Of a DNA stretch of 64,000 nucleotides, positions 53,949 to 62,700 are shown in pieces. Position 1 is the stretch's first letter; each line of letters begins with the position of its first letter. The notes below the pieces were generated by a model, which made no database searches, had not been told where the DNA came from, and saw only the letters and a program-made list of their open reading frames with translations. A program made the translations under genes and the position numbers. Source of the stretch: Flavobacteriaceae bacterium UBA4022 (GTDB taxonomy: Bacteria; Bacteroidota; Bacteroidia; Flavobacteriales; Flavobacteriaceae); contig DGAU01000003.1 of the NCBI GenBank assembly GCA_002384055.1, forward strand, positions 5,931 through 69,930, read 5' to 3'.

Positions 53949-55313
53949 TTATTGCTTTACAAGCTTCTTAACTACCTGATGGTTCTCTATTTGTATCTCT
54001 ACAAGGTATATTCCTGACTGAAAGTTTTTGATTGGGATTTGGTCAAAGTCTTCCTCAACTTGCATTAAAATTTTACCTGACGCTCCCATTATTTTTACAT
54101 GACTGATTGGATAGATTGATTCAATCCTAAAGCTATCTTCCACAGGATTTGGAACAAGCTTAACTTTTTCAGTAATATAGGTATCTACATTTAGAATGGT
54201 TAGATTTTCATACCATGCAACTTTATCGTCATTTTGAGACCCTGAAATAACATCAAGATCGCCATCATTATCCAAGTCCCCAACTTTCACATCGTAAGGT
54301 GTTATTGAGCTCGTGGATATTATTTTTTGACTTGAAAATGTGCCATTACCATCTAAATTCTCATACCAAGCAACTTTACTATCTCCTACTGACACAGAAA
54401 GCACATCCATATCTAAGTCATTATCAAGGTCAGCCGCAATAACTGCAAGAGCAAATTCAGCCTCTAATGTAATAACCTGTTCAGAACCAAAGTTACCTTT
54501 ACCGTCCAAGTTCTCAAACCATGCAATTTTATTTGGGCCATTAGATGCTGTCAACACATCATAATCAAGATCCCCATCCAAGTCTACACTATATACCTTT
54601 GCCACTGTAGATGCACTCCCAGCTATAATCTGCCTTGCTCCAAAGTTACCTAACCCATCCAAGTTCTTATACCAGGCAACCGTAAAGTTCCCTGAAGAGG
54701 AAGCTACAATATCCAAGAAATCATCTCCATCAAGATCTACAGCCACAACCGAACGGTTATTGGTGGCTTGTGTTTCAATAAGTCTTGCAGGCCCAAAATT
54801 CCCTTGCCCATCTATGTTTTCAAACCATGACAAACCTGAAAAGTCCGCAGCGCAAACTATATCCATGTCATCATCCCCGTCAAGGTCTTCAACATACAAA
54901 CCAAGTGCCCCGTCAATTTGTGTGGCAATAGTAATTTTAGGCAAAAAGTTTCCAGTACCATCATTTTCGAACCAAACGATTCTATCATCAGCATAATTTG
55001 ACGAAACAATGTCTATGTCGTCATCTTCATCCATATCACCACCTGTGATAAAATAAGTTTGATTTACTTCACCTATGAATTGAGGGCTTGAGAAATTACC
55101 ATCACCTAGGTTACGACACCATGTCACAGAACTGGATAGCCTGTTTGCAGTTGCCACATCCAACAAATCATCCCCATCCAAATCAGCAACAAAAACCTGT
55201 CGGCATCCATTTGCTTCTGTAGTGATTATTTGTTCTACTCCAAACTGTGACCATAATGGAAAAGCAACCAAAAGGAATAAGATTTTTACAATATAACAAT
55301 ACATTTTACTCAT
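53949..55313 (-). CDS. Seven-bladed FG-GAP/VCBS beta-propeller protein with T9SS C-terminal sorting domain
   Basis: Signal peptide. Seven repeats of DLDGDxxxDhh...W(F/Y)EN(L)DGxGNF. C-terminal Por-secretion tail LVPNPVEDSFRIES...IKNFQSGIYLVEIQIENHQVVKKLVKQ. Confidence 0.85.
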   Translation of the reverse strand: MSKMYCYIVKILFLLVAFPLWSQFGVEQIITTEANGCRQVFVADLDGDDLLDVATANRLSSSVTWCRNLGDGNFSSPQFIGEVNQTYFITGGDMDEDDDIDIVSSNYADDRIVWFENDGTGNFLPKITIATQIDGALGLYVEDLDGDDDMDIVCAADFSGLSWFENIDGQGNFGPARLIETQATNNRSVVAVDLDGDDFLDIVASSSGNFTVAWYKNLDGLGNFGARQIIAGSASTVAKVYSVDLDGDLDYDVLTASNGPNKIAWFENLDGKGNFGSEQVITLEAEFALAVIAADLDNDLDMDVLSVSVGDSKVAWYENLDGNGTFSSQKIISTSSITPYDVKVGDLDNDGDLDVISGSQNDDKVAWYENLTILNVDTYITEKVKLVPNPVEDSFRIESIYPISHVKIMGASGKILMQVEEDFDQIPIKNFQSGIYLVEIQIENHQVVKKLVKQ

Positions 55314-55639
55314 TAATTCCCATTTTTTTGAATCACACTTTGTTGCTGTGTCCCGTCCTCAAAATTTTTATCAATAACATATAATCCAGGATTCAGATCG
55401 TCAATTAGGTTTGGATTGTTAATCTGTGTTGAATCTTGTGACAAGATAGTAACATTTGTATTGAAAACGCCATCGTTAAACTGTGTTATACTTCCAAATG
55501 AAGCAGATTTATTAAAATTATCATAGCACATTCGATTACCTATGTCATCCAATTGAGCAATGTATATGGAGGAAGGAAGCACTGCAGGAAGGAAAATAAT
55601 ATTCCAATGTTCAATAGAAATTAAAGGCCTGTAGTTATA
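55313..55639 (-). pseudogene. Orphan C-terminal gene fragment (possible T9SS-tail remnant), no ATG
   Basis: The stop-to-stop frame is open from 55639 and contains only a GTG start at 55582. It ends ...LNPGLYVIDKNFEDGTQQQSVIQKNGN, loosely like a T9SS C-terminal domain. It abuts the divergent acyltransferase gene. Confidence 0.35.
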
Positions 55640-55671
55640 TTAGCAAATTCTATAATATAGAGACATATATT

Positions 55672-57588
55672 ATGTTGAATTTTCAAGTGGAATCCAAAGA
55701 ATATCGTCCTGAGCTAAATGGTCTGAGAGCTTTAGCTGTATTACTTGTATTATTATATCACTTAGATTTTTATTGGATACAAGGTGGGTTTTTGGGAGTT
55801 GATGTGTTTTTGGTTATTTCGGGTTATTTTATAAGTAGAAATATTCTTTTTGATTTACAACATAATGAATTTTTTATAAAAGAATTTTATACCAAGCGGC
55901 TTAGAAGGCTTTTTCCTGCATTAATTACCACCGTTTTTTTGGTTCTAATTGCTGGGTATTTTATGCTCACTCCATTCTCTTATGAAAGGTTAGGTTTGTC
56001 ATCTCTTTATTCTGCAATATCTGGGTCAAACTTTTTCTTTTGGAGTGAAGCAGGTTATTTCGATGAAGAGGTTTATTACAAGCCATTACTTCATATGTGG
56101 TCTCTTTCTATTGAGGAACAGTTCTATTTGATTTGGCCATTTCTGTTAGTTTTTATTTTTAAAAAAATTAAAAAATCAATAGGTATAGTTGTCCTAATAG
56201 GAATTGTCGCCTCAGTTTTAACTGCTGAATTCTTCTATACATTGGATCCGTCGGCAGTATTTTTCCTATTGCCTTTTAGAATGTTCGAGTTTTGGCTAGG
56301 AACGTTATGTATAGGACTTGAAAATATCAAACTTTTTAATCAAACTAGATTTAGGGAAGTTTTCTTCAGTTTAGGCTTATTCTTAATAATTACGTCTTCA
56401 TTTTTATTCGATGGTCAAAATAGAATGCCTGGGTTACTTTCTTTAATACCCTGTTTTGGAACAATACTCATAATTATAGGAGGTAAATCAAAATTAACAA
56501 GCTGGGCACTAAAGAATAAGTCAATGGAGTATATTGGAAAAGCTTCCTATTCAATTTACTTAATTCACTGGCCTTTGATAGTATATTTTAAGTACCAAAA
56601 TCTTAATGAGCTTCTGTTATTTGAGAAAGCCTATATAGCATTAGTATCTATATTACTAGGCTTCATAATGTGGAAGTCTATTGAGAATACATTTAGGAAT
56701 CCAAGGCAAAAGTATAAAAGATGGGACCCTGTATGGTTTGGTGTCCCAATTTTGATTTTGTTAGTTGGTGGAATTTCACTTTTTGTAAAAGTGAAAGATG
56801 GACTTCCATCAAGATTCCATGGAAATTTATACATGACAAGAGAGGAGATTTTGGAAATTCGTAAATCTTATTGGCAAGATTCTAATTCTGAAGACAAGAT
56901 ATTAAACGGGGAACATGGAAAGGGTCATATAATTATGTTAGGTAATTCACATGCAATTGATTTGATTTATGCACTTCGATTAAATGGATTTAAAGGTAAA
57001 ATAACATCGCTTCAAACAGGTGGAAAGTGCTACAATTTCGGTTCTGCGGAAAAGGTGGAAGATGTGGATTTTTGCAGTGAAAAGAAACAGTTAAATTTCT
57101 CTAATAAAAATTGGAATAAAGTAGATGCCATTTATATGCATGATGATTGGCCTAAATGGGAAGAGTATAGCTTTCGTAAAATTATTAAGGAAGTTAGGGA
57201 ATTATCCAAAGCCCCCATCTATGTATTTGGACCAAAAATTATTTTTAAGAAACCAATTCCAGATATTGTCCATCAAAGCAATTCCGCAATTCCTAAAATC
57301 ATCAATTCGAACGCTATGAGTTATTCTGAAATAGAATTGAAGAAAGAAATTAATTCTTTATTAAGAAACGAGTTTAAGGTCAATTCATACTATAAAGAAA
57401 ACAATATTCAGTATATAGATTTATTAAGTGTTCAGGGAGGTGCAAATTTTAATCAATTTGAAGTAGTATCCAAGGAGGGTCTAGAGTTCCTATATTTTGA
57501 TGCGGGGCATTTAACAAAGAGAGGGGCGAAAGAATTGGGTGTTAAACTCAAAGAAAAACATCCTGAGTTGTTCAAGGTAAAGGGTTAA
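55672..57588 (+). CDS. Acyltransferase-3 (OafA/YrhL-like) membrane O-acyltransferase with C-terminal SGNH-like domain
   Basis: N-terminus RPELNGLRALAVLLVLLYH plus FLGVDVFLVISGY, about 10 TM helices, then a soluble domain with GNSHAIDL and DAGHLT motifs. Confidence 0.85.
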   Translation: MLNFQVESKEYRPELNGLRALAVLLVLLYHLDFYWIQGGFLGVDVFLVISGYFISRNILFDLQHNEFFIKEFYTKRLRRLFPALITTVFLVLIAGYFMLTPFSYERLGLSSLYSAISGSNFFFWSEAGYFDEEVYYKPLLHMWSLSIEEQFYLIWPFLLVFIFKKIKKSIGIVVLIGIVASVLTAEFFYTLDPSAVFFLLPFRMFEFWLGTLCIGLENIKLFNQTRFREVFFSLGLFLIITSSFLFDGQNRMPGLLSLIPCFGTILIIIGGKSKLTSWALKNKSMEYIGKASYSIYLIHWPLIVYFKYQNLNELLLFEKAYIALVSILLGFIMWKSIENTFRNPRQKYKRWDPVWFGVPILILLVGGISLFVKVKDGLPSRFHGNLYMTREEILEIRKSYWQDSNSEDKILNGEHGKGHIIMLGNSHAIDLIYALRLNGFKGKITSLQTGGKCYNFGSAEKVEDVDFCSEKKQLNFSNKNWNKVDAIYMHDDWPKWEEYSFRKIIKEVRELSKAPIYVFGPKIIFKKPIPDIVHQSNSAIPKIINSNAMSYSEIELKKEINSLLRNEFKVNSYYKENNIQYIDLLSVQGGANFNQFEVVSKEGLEFLYFDAGHLTKRGAKELGVKLKEKHPELFKVKG

Positions 57589-57670
57589 GGTATTGTAGTC
57601 GAAAATTCGATGTTGAAATCAGTTGTTATATTGATTGGGTAAAATTGGAAGAAAATGAATTAAAGATATC

Positions 57671-57704
57671 AAAATTTTTGTCCAATTTAATGGACAATTT
57701 TATT
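57671..57704. terminator. Weak AT-rich hairpin between convergent islet genes
   Basis: 7-bp stem ttgtcca (57778 is not meant; coordinates are 57678-57684) / tggacaa (57691-57697), flanked by an A-run and a T-run. Confidence 0.3.
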
Positions 57705-57726
57705 ATCAATATTTGCTACTTAAACT

Positions 57727-57915
57727 TTAATTCTTAACAATTCTTAATGTGCGAAATTCATTTACAGGGGAAGATATAAAGTAAATGCCATTTGAAAAAC
57801 CTTCAAGATTTACGGAATTGCAGCAGTCTTTGGAAGAAAGTAATAGACGCAACAATATTCTACCATTAACATCGGTAATTAATATATTATTATTTTCTAA
57901 CTCATTTGTTGTCAC
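57727..57915 (-). pseudogene. Orphan T9SS C-terminal sorting-domain fragment
   Basis: The 62-aa ORF consists only of a Por-secretion-tail-like segment (ITDVNGRILLR...VNLEGFSNGIYFISSPVNEFRTLRIVKN), with no signal peptide or passenger domain upstream. Confidence 0.45.
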
Positions 57916-57979
57916 TAGGTAGAAGGAGAGCAGAATATGTCTTCCCTAAAACAGGGTATTTCGCAGTAGGAATTACCCC

Positions 57980-58101
57980 AAACAAAAAAAGCCCATCCAA
58001 ATGGATAAGCTTCTCATTGGTCTATTTCTAAACCACATCTCTGTTCTCACAGAGACAACACAACACTTTTGTTGCGGTCTGGACGAGACTCGAACTCGCG
58101 A
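57980..58101 (-). repeat. Direct repeat copy C: 3' 27 nt of intact tRNA-Asp plus its 95-nt terminator region
   Basis: Identical to 52436-52557. On the minus strand it contains the hairpins cucugu-gaga-acagag and gcuuaucc-auuu-ggaugggc (two G-U pairs), followed by a U7 run. Confidence 0.85.
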
Positions 58102-58148
58102 CCCCCTGCGTGACAGGCAGGTATTCTAACCAACTGAACTACCAGACC
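58075..58148 (-). tRNA. tRNA-Asp (anticodon GTC)
   Basis: Reverse complement GGTCTGGTAGTTCAGTTGGTTAGAATACCTGCCTGTCACGCAGGGGGTCGCGAGTTCGAGTCTCGTCCAGACCG. Acceptor GGTCTGG/CCAGACC, anticodon stem CCTGC/GCAGG with loop CT-GTC-AC, and T-loop TTCGAGT. 74 nt, no encoded CCA. Confidence 0.9.
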
Positions 58149-58275
58149 AATATACCAATCTACAAAATAGAGTTTCACGACAGTGAAAATTAAGGCTATT
58201 GTTACTCATTTGAGCGGTGGCAAATATACACCTCATTTTTATTTTCACAAACAAATTAACCAAAAAATGAACGCA

Positions 58276-59205
58276 TCAGGCAAACTTCTGTCGTGCGACC
58301 AAAAAACGCGTAAACACAGGGGCGAAACCCATGTTAATATCCGCCGGCACATACTGAATCTTGTACTGGGCACATGTTAATTCTATGGCCTTAAAATATT
58401 CAGTTATCGATTGATTATAGGCCTGTTTGATTTGATGCGGATAGACCTGTACGACTTGCCCCGTTTCTACATCCTTGAATTTTCTTGGCCGTTGATCAAA
58501 ATCGAAAGAGACCTCACTCACCCCATCGTAGACATGCATCAATATAACCTGATGATTTTTGAATTTCAAATGTTGTAAGGCATCAAATATGGCCTGAGAA
58601 TCGGGAGCATTTTGCAGCATATCACTAAAAACAACCACTAAAGAGCGTTTTGGTAGTTGTTGTGCCAGCTGATTAAGGTATTGGGCTGTTTGGGTCCTGT
58701 CAGCCACAGGCGTCGGGACTAAGGCGTCACTCAGATATTGCAAGAGCTGTTGATGATGGCGCTCGCTAGATTTATCTCGCGTATGTTGGTGAATTTTCGC
58801 CCCGTAAATGCTCAATCCAACCGCGTCACGCTGTTTTTTGGCCATATGCATTAAAGCCGCACAACCCAATACGGAAAATTCGATTTTATTGAGCTTATCC
58901 AAGCTCAATTTGCCCATGCTAGGATAATGCATGCTGCTGCTGGCATCCAAAACCAGGTGGCACCTGAGATTGGTTTCCTCCTCGAATCGTTTGGTGTATA
59001 ATTTTTCTGTTTTGGCAAATAACTTCCAATCAATAAACCGGGTACTCTCTCCCGAATTATAGCTTTTGTGTTCTGCGAATTCAGCAGAAAAACCATGAAA
59101 AGGACTTTTGTGCAATCCCGAGATAAAACCTTCCACGACTTGATGCGCCAAAAGCGCCAAGTTTTGGAATTGCTGGATATCGGATTTACTGCTCAGTAAA
59201 GACAT
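58276..59205 (-). CDS. DUF58 domain protein (vWA-like, MoxR-associated family)
   Basis: HGFSAEFAEHKSYNSGESTRFIDWKLFAKTEKLYTKRFEEETNL followed by VLDASSSM is the typical DUF58 core. Confidence 0.8.
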   Translation of the reverse strand: MSLLSSKSDIQQFQNLALLAHQVVEGFISGLHKSPFHGFSAEFAEHKSYNSGESTRFIDWKLFAKTEKLYTKRFEEETNLRCHLVLDASSSMHYPSMGKLSLDKLNKIEFSVLGCAALMHMAKKQRDAVGLSIYGAKIHQHTRDKSSERHHQQLLQYLSDALVPTPVADRTQTAQYLNQLAQQLPKRSLVVVFSDMLQNAPDSQAIFDALQHLKFKNHQVILMHVYDGVSEVSFDFDQRPRKFKDVETGQVVQVYPHQIKQAYNQSITEYFKAIELTCAQYKIQYVPADINMGFAPVFTRFLVARQKFA

Positions 59206-59260
59206 GGATTAGCTCTAGTAAAGTCAAGGGGAAAAGACCTTTATTGTATATCATATAGAC

Positions 59261-59290
59261 AAAAAAAGACCCTCATGTGAGCGTCTTCCT
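59261..59290 (-). terminator. Terminator downstream of trxA
   Basis: Minus-strand hairpin aagac-g-cuc-acau-gag-g-gucuu followed by a U7 run, 22 nt after the trxA stop. Confidence 0.6.
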
Positions 59291-59311
59291 TTTTTAAAAT
59301 CAATTGGGCTC

Positions 59312-59629
59312 CTACAAAAGGGCGTCTAAAGCCTCTGCATAAACATTCTTAGGCGCCACACCTACTTGGCGACCTACCAACTCTCCTTGATTGAAGATCA
59401 AAACTGTTGGGATGTTACGAACACCATATTTTGCAGCAAATTCCTGATTGGCATCGACATCTAATTTTCCGATGACTGCTTTGCCTTCATATTCATTACT
59501 CAAGTCATCGATAATCGGTCCCACCATACGGCAAGGGCCGCACCACGCTGCCCAAAAGTCAACCATAACTGGTTTGTCACTTTTGAGTACTGTTTCCTCG
59601 AAAGAGGCATCTGTAATTTCTAAAGCCAT
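59312..59629 (-). CDS. trxA: Thioredoxin
   Basis: 105 aa with FWAAWCGPCR active site and canonical thioredoxin length. Confidence 0.9.
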   Translation of the reverse strand: MALEITDASFEETVLKSDKPVMVDFWAAWCGPCRMVGPIIDDLSNEYEGKAVIGKLDVDANQEFAAKYGVRNIPTVLIFNQGELVGRQVGVAPKNVYAEALDALL

Positions 59630-59745
59630 TATATTAAATTTATTGGTTTGTTTCTGCTTTTATCAATCAAAGGTAGTCCTTTTGATTTAGTTAAAAAATC
59701 CTCGTCATCACTTTAATCAATAACGATATTGCTAGAGCCAATATT

Positions 59746-62700
59746 TTAATTCAATTTAAAATACACTTGTTCTTTGGTCAATGTTTCTATTAACGCTCTA
59801 TTTATTAGCACCTTAGACTTTCTGCTAGACATAGATAAATGGACACTCTCTTCTCGATCAAAAACAGATAAGTACACGCCCTTTGTTCCCTTGTGTTTTT
59901 TCACGACTTTTTTCAGGGTATCAATATAAGCTTGGTCAAGACCATCAATAGGCACCTTAAAAGTGATTTTTTTTGCCAAAGTTTCCAAGACATCATGGAG
60001 CAATTGAAAATGGTTGTATTGCAAGCGTGGTTCCCCCTTTTTGCCCGTATCGCGATTGACCCAGCCTTCTTTGACAAAGGCCTTGATATATAAAAATGCA
60101 TCTATTTTTAAAAAATGACGGAACTTCAAATACTCCTCACCAAAAATGCGGAATTCGTAACTATCGTCGTAGTCTTCTAATAGGAACAAGCCCCACTCTT
60201 TTCCTTGCCGAGTGACCCGATGCTCCACCCCAGAAATGATACCGCCGAAGGCAATCTCACGGTTTGTATATGGGAGTAGATCCTGACAATGGGCTACCTT
60301 TACATTACAGAATTCTGTCATCTCCGTTCTAAATTCATCCAAGGGATGGCCAGAAATGTATATCCCAACAACCTCCTTTTCTTGTTTGAGTTTTTTAATA
60401 GCGCCCCAGGGTTCCGCAAAAGGGAGATCCGGCTCGGGGATTTGTACCTCACTCGCCGACCCAAACAAACTCACTTGCGATGAATTCTGTGATTCTTGAT
60501 ATTTTGCGGCAAAACGCAGCACTTTTTCATAAAAACAGACCCCATCACCCTCATCTTGCATATACTGGGCACGATGGGTGTCAAAACTATCAAAGCCCCC
60601 TGCCAATATTAAATTCTCAAATGCCTTTTTGTTGGCCGAGCGTAAATCTATTCGCTTGGACAAGTCAAAAATACTCTTATAACGCTCTTTTTTTCGATTG
60701 GCTACAATGGTCTCTACGGCACTACTGCCCACGCCCTTGACCGCCCCCATACCAAAGCGGATGACCCCATTATCATTGACCGTGAATTTATAAAACGACT
60801 CATTCACATCAGGGCCTAAAACTTGCAAGCCCATCCGGCGACACTCCTCCATAAAAAAGGTGACCTGCTTCATGTCATTCATGTTATTGCTCAACACAGC
60901 AGCCATATATTCGGCAGGATAATTCGCCTTGAGATAAGCCGTTTGATAGGCAATCCAGGCATAACAGGTTGAATGACTTTTGTTGAAGGCGTAGCTGGCA
61001 AAAGCCTCCCAGTCTTTCCAAATTTTTTCTAAAATCTCTGCCGGGTGATTATTTTGCTCGGCTTGTTTAATAAATTTGGGCTTCATTTTATCCAAGACGG
61101 CCTTTTGCTTTTTACCCATGGCCTTACGCAAGACATCAGCCTCGCCTTTGGTAAAGCCCGCTAGCTTTTGGGATAACAACATCACCTGTTCTTGGTATAC
61201 TGTAATACCGTATGTCTCTTTGAGATATCCCTCCATCTCTGGCAGGTCATAGGAAATGTCTTCTTCTCCATGTTTTCGGCGCACAAACGACGGGATGTAT
61301 TCCATCGGCCCCGGACGATACAAGGCATTCATCGCAATTAAGTCGGCAAATACCGTTGGCTTTAGGTCCTTTAAATGCTTCTGCATTCCAGGAGATTCAT
61401 ACTGAAAAATCCCTACTGTATCGCCATTTTGAAACAGGGCATAGGTCTTATCGTCATCTAGAGGAAAGTCATCCGGGTCGAGCGTGATACCGTGCTTATG
61501 GTAAACAAGCTTGACTGTATCCTTTATTAAGGTCAGGGTTTTTAAGCCCAAGAAGTCCATTTTGAGCAGACCTGCATTTTCAACCACGGCATTGTCGAAC
61601 TGGGTCACATAAAGATCAGAATCTTTGGCCGTAGCAATCGGAACATAATTGGTAATATCATCTGGAGTAATGATCACCCCACAGGCATGAATACCAGTAT
61701 TGCGCACAGAGCCTTCGAGCACACGTGCCTGATTAATGGTTTGTGCGCCTAAATCTTCAGCCTCAGAAAGGGCAACCAATTCGGCAACTTTAGGCACGTC
61801 ATCCGCACGATATTTCGTACGCCACTCCTGCGGCGTACTCGAAAAAATATGCTTGAGCTTGCTCATGTTGGGGATCAACTTGGCAATTCGATCCGCTTCA
61901 TGGAGCGGCAGGTCGAGTACCCGTGCCGTATCGCGAATAGAACTTTTGGCCGCCATCGTTCCATAGGTGATGATTTGTGCCACTTGATTGGCGCCATATT
62001 TTTGGATGACATAATCCATGACGCGGCTCCGACCCTCATCATCAAAATCAATATCGATATCGGGTAAACTCACCCGATCAGGATTTAAAAAACGCTCAAA
62101 AAGCAGATCGTACTTGATGGGGTCAATATTGGTGATCCACAAACAGTAGGCAACGGCGCTTCCTGCCGCAGATCCGCGGCCAGGTCCCACAGAAACTTCC
62201 ATTTTTCGGGCTTCAGCAATAAAGTCTTGAACGATCAAGAAATAGCCGGGATAGCCGGTGTTTTCAATGACACTTAGCTCAAACTTAAGTCGGTCCTCGA
62301 TTTCTGGAGTAAGCTCAGGATAACGTTTTTTGGCCCCCTCAAAAGTCAGATGTTTTAAGTAGGCATTTTCTCCTCGCTTACCCTGGTCTTGTTCGTCTTG
62401 AGGATCTAAAAAATCTTCAGGAATCGCAAATTTTGGCAGCAAGACATCACGAAACAAAGTAAAAGGTTCGATCTTATTAATGATCTCAGAAATGTTTTCT
62501 ATGGCTTGTGGCTGATCGGCAAAAAGCGCCTTCATTTCATTTGAGGACTTGAAATAATATTCCTGATTCGGCAACCCATAACGGGTGCCGCGGCCCTTTC
62601 CAATAGGCGTCAGTTGTTTTTCACCATCCTTGACACATAACAAAATGTCATGCGCATTAGCATCTTCTTTGCTGATATAATAGGTGTTGTTTGTCGCCAC

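Larger units (their letters stand above)
52436..58101 (-). mobile_element. Degenerate tandem genomic islet(s) at the 3' end of tRNA-Asp, bounded by 122-nt perfect direct repeats
   Basis: Direct repeats at 52436-52557 and 57980-58101, with a diverged third copy at 53797-53925. GC is patchy and low, with gene fragments and a REP/RAYT relic. No integrase is present. Confidence 0.55.

Noticed and set aside
53647-53979. 110-aa ORF on the plus strand in the islet.
   Set aside because: It runs through the right REP hairpin, the heptamer array and the tRNA-derived repeat copy B. It is non-coding repeat sequence read as protein.
52436-58148. Calling the tRNA-Asp islet an active integrative element, ICE or prophage.
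   Set aside because: No integrase, excisionase, relaxase, phage structural gene or intact transposase is present on either strand. Only the boundary repeats and relics support past mobility.
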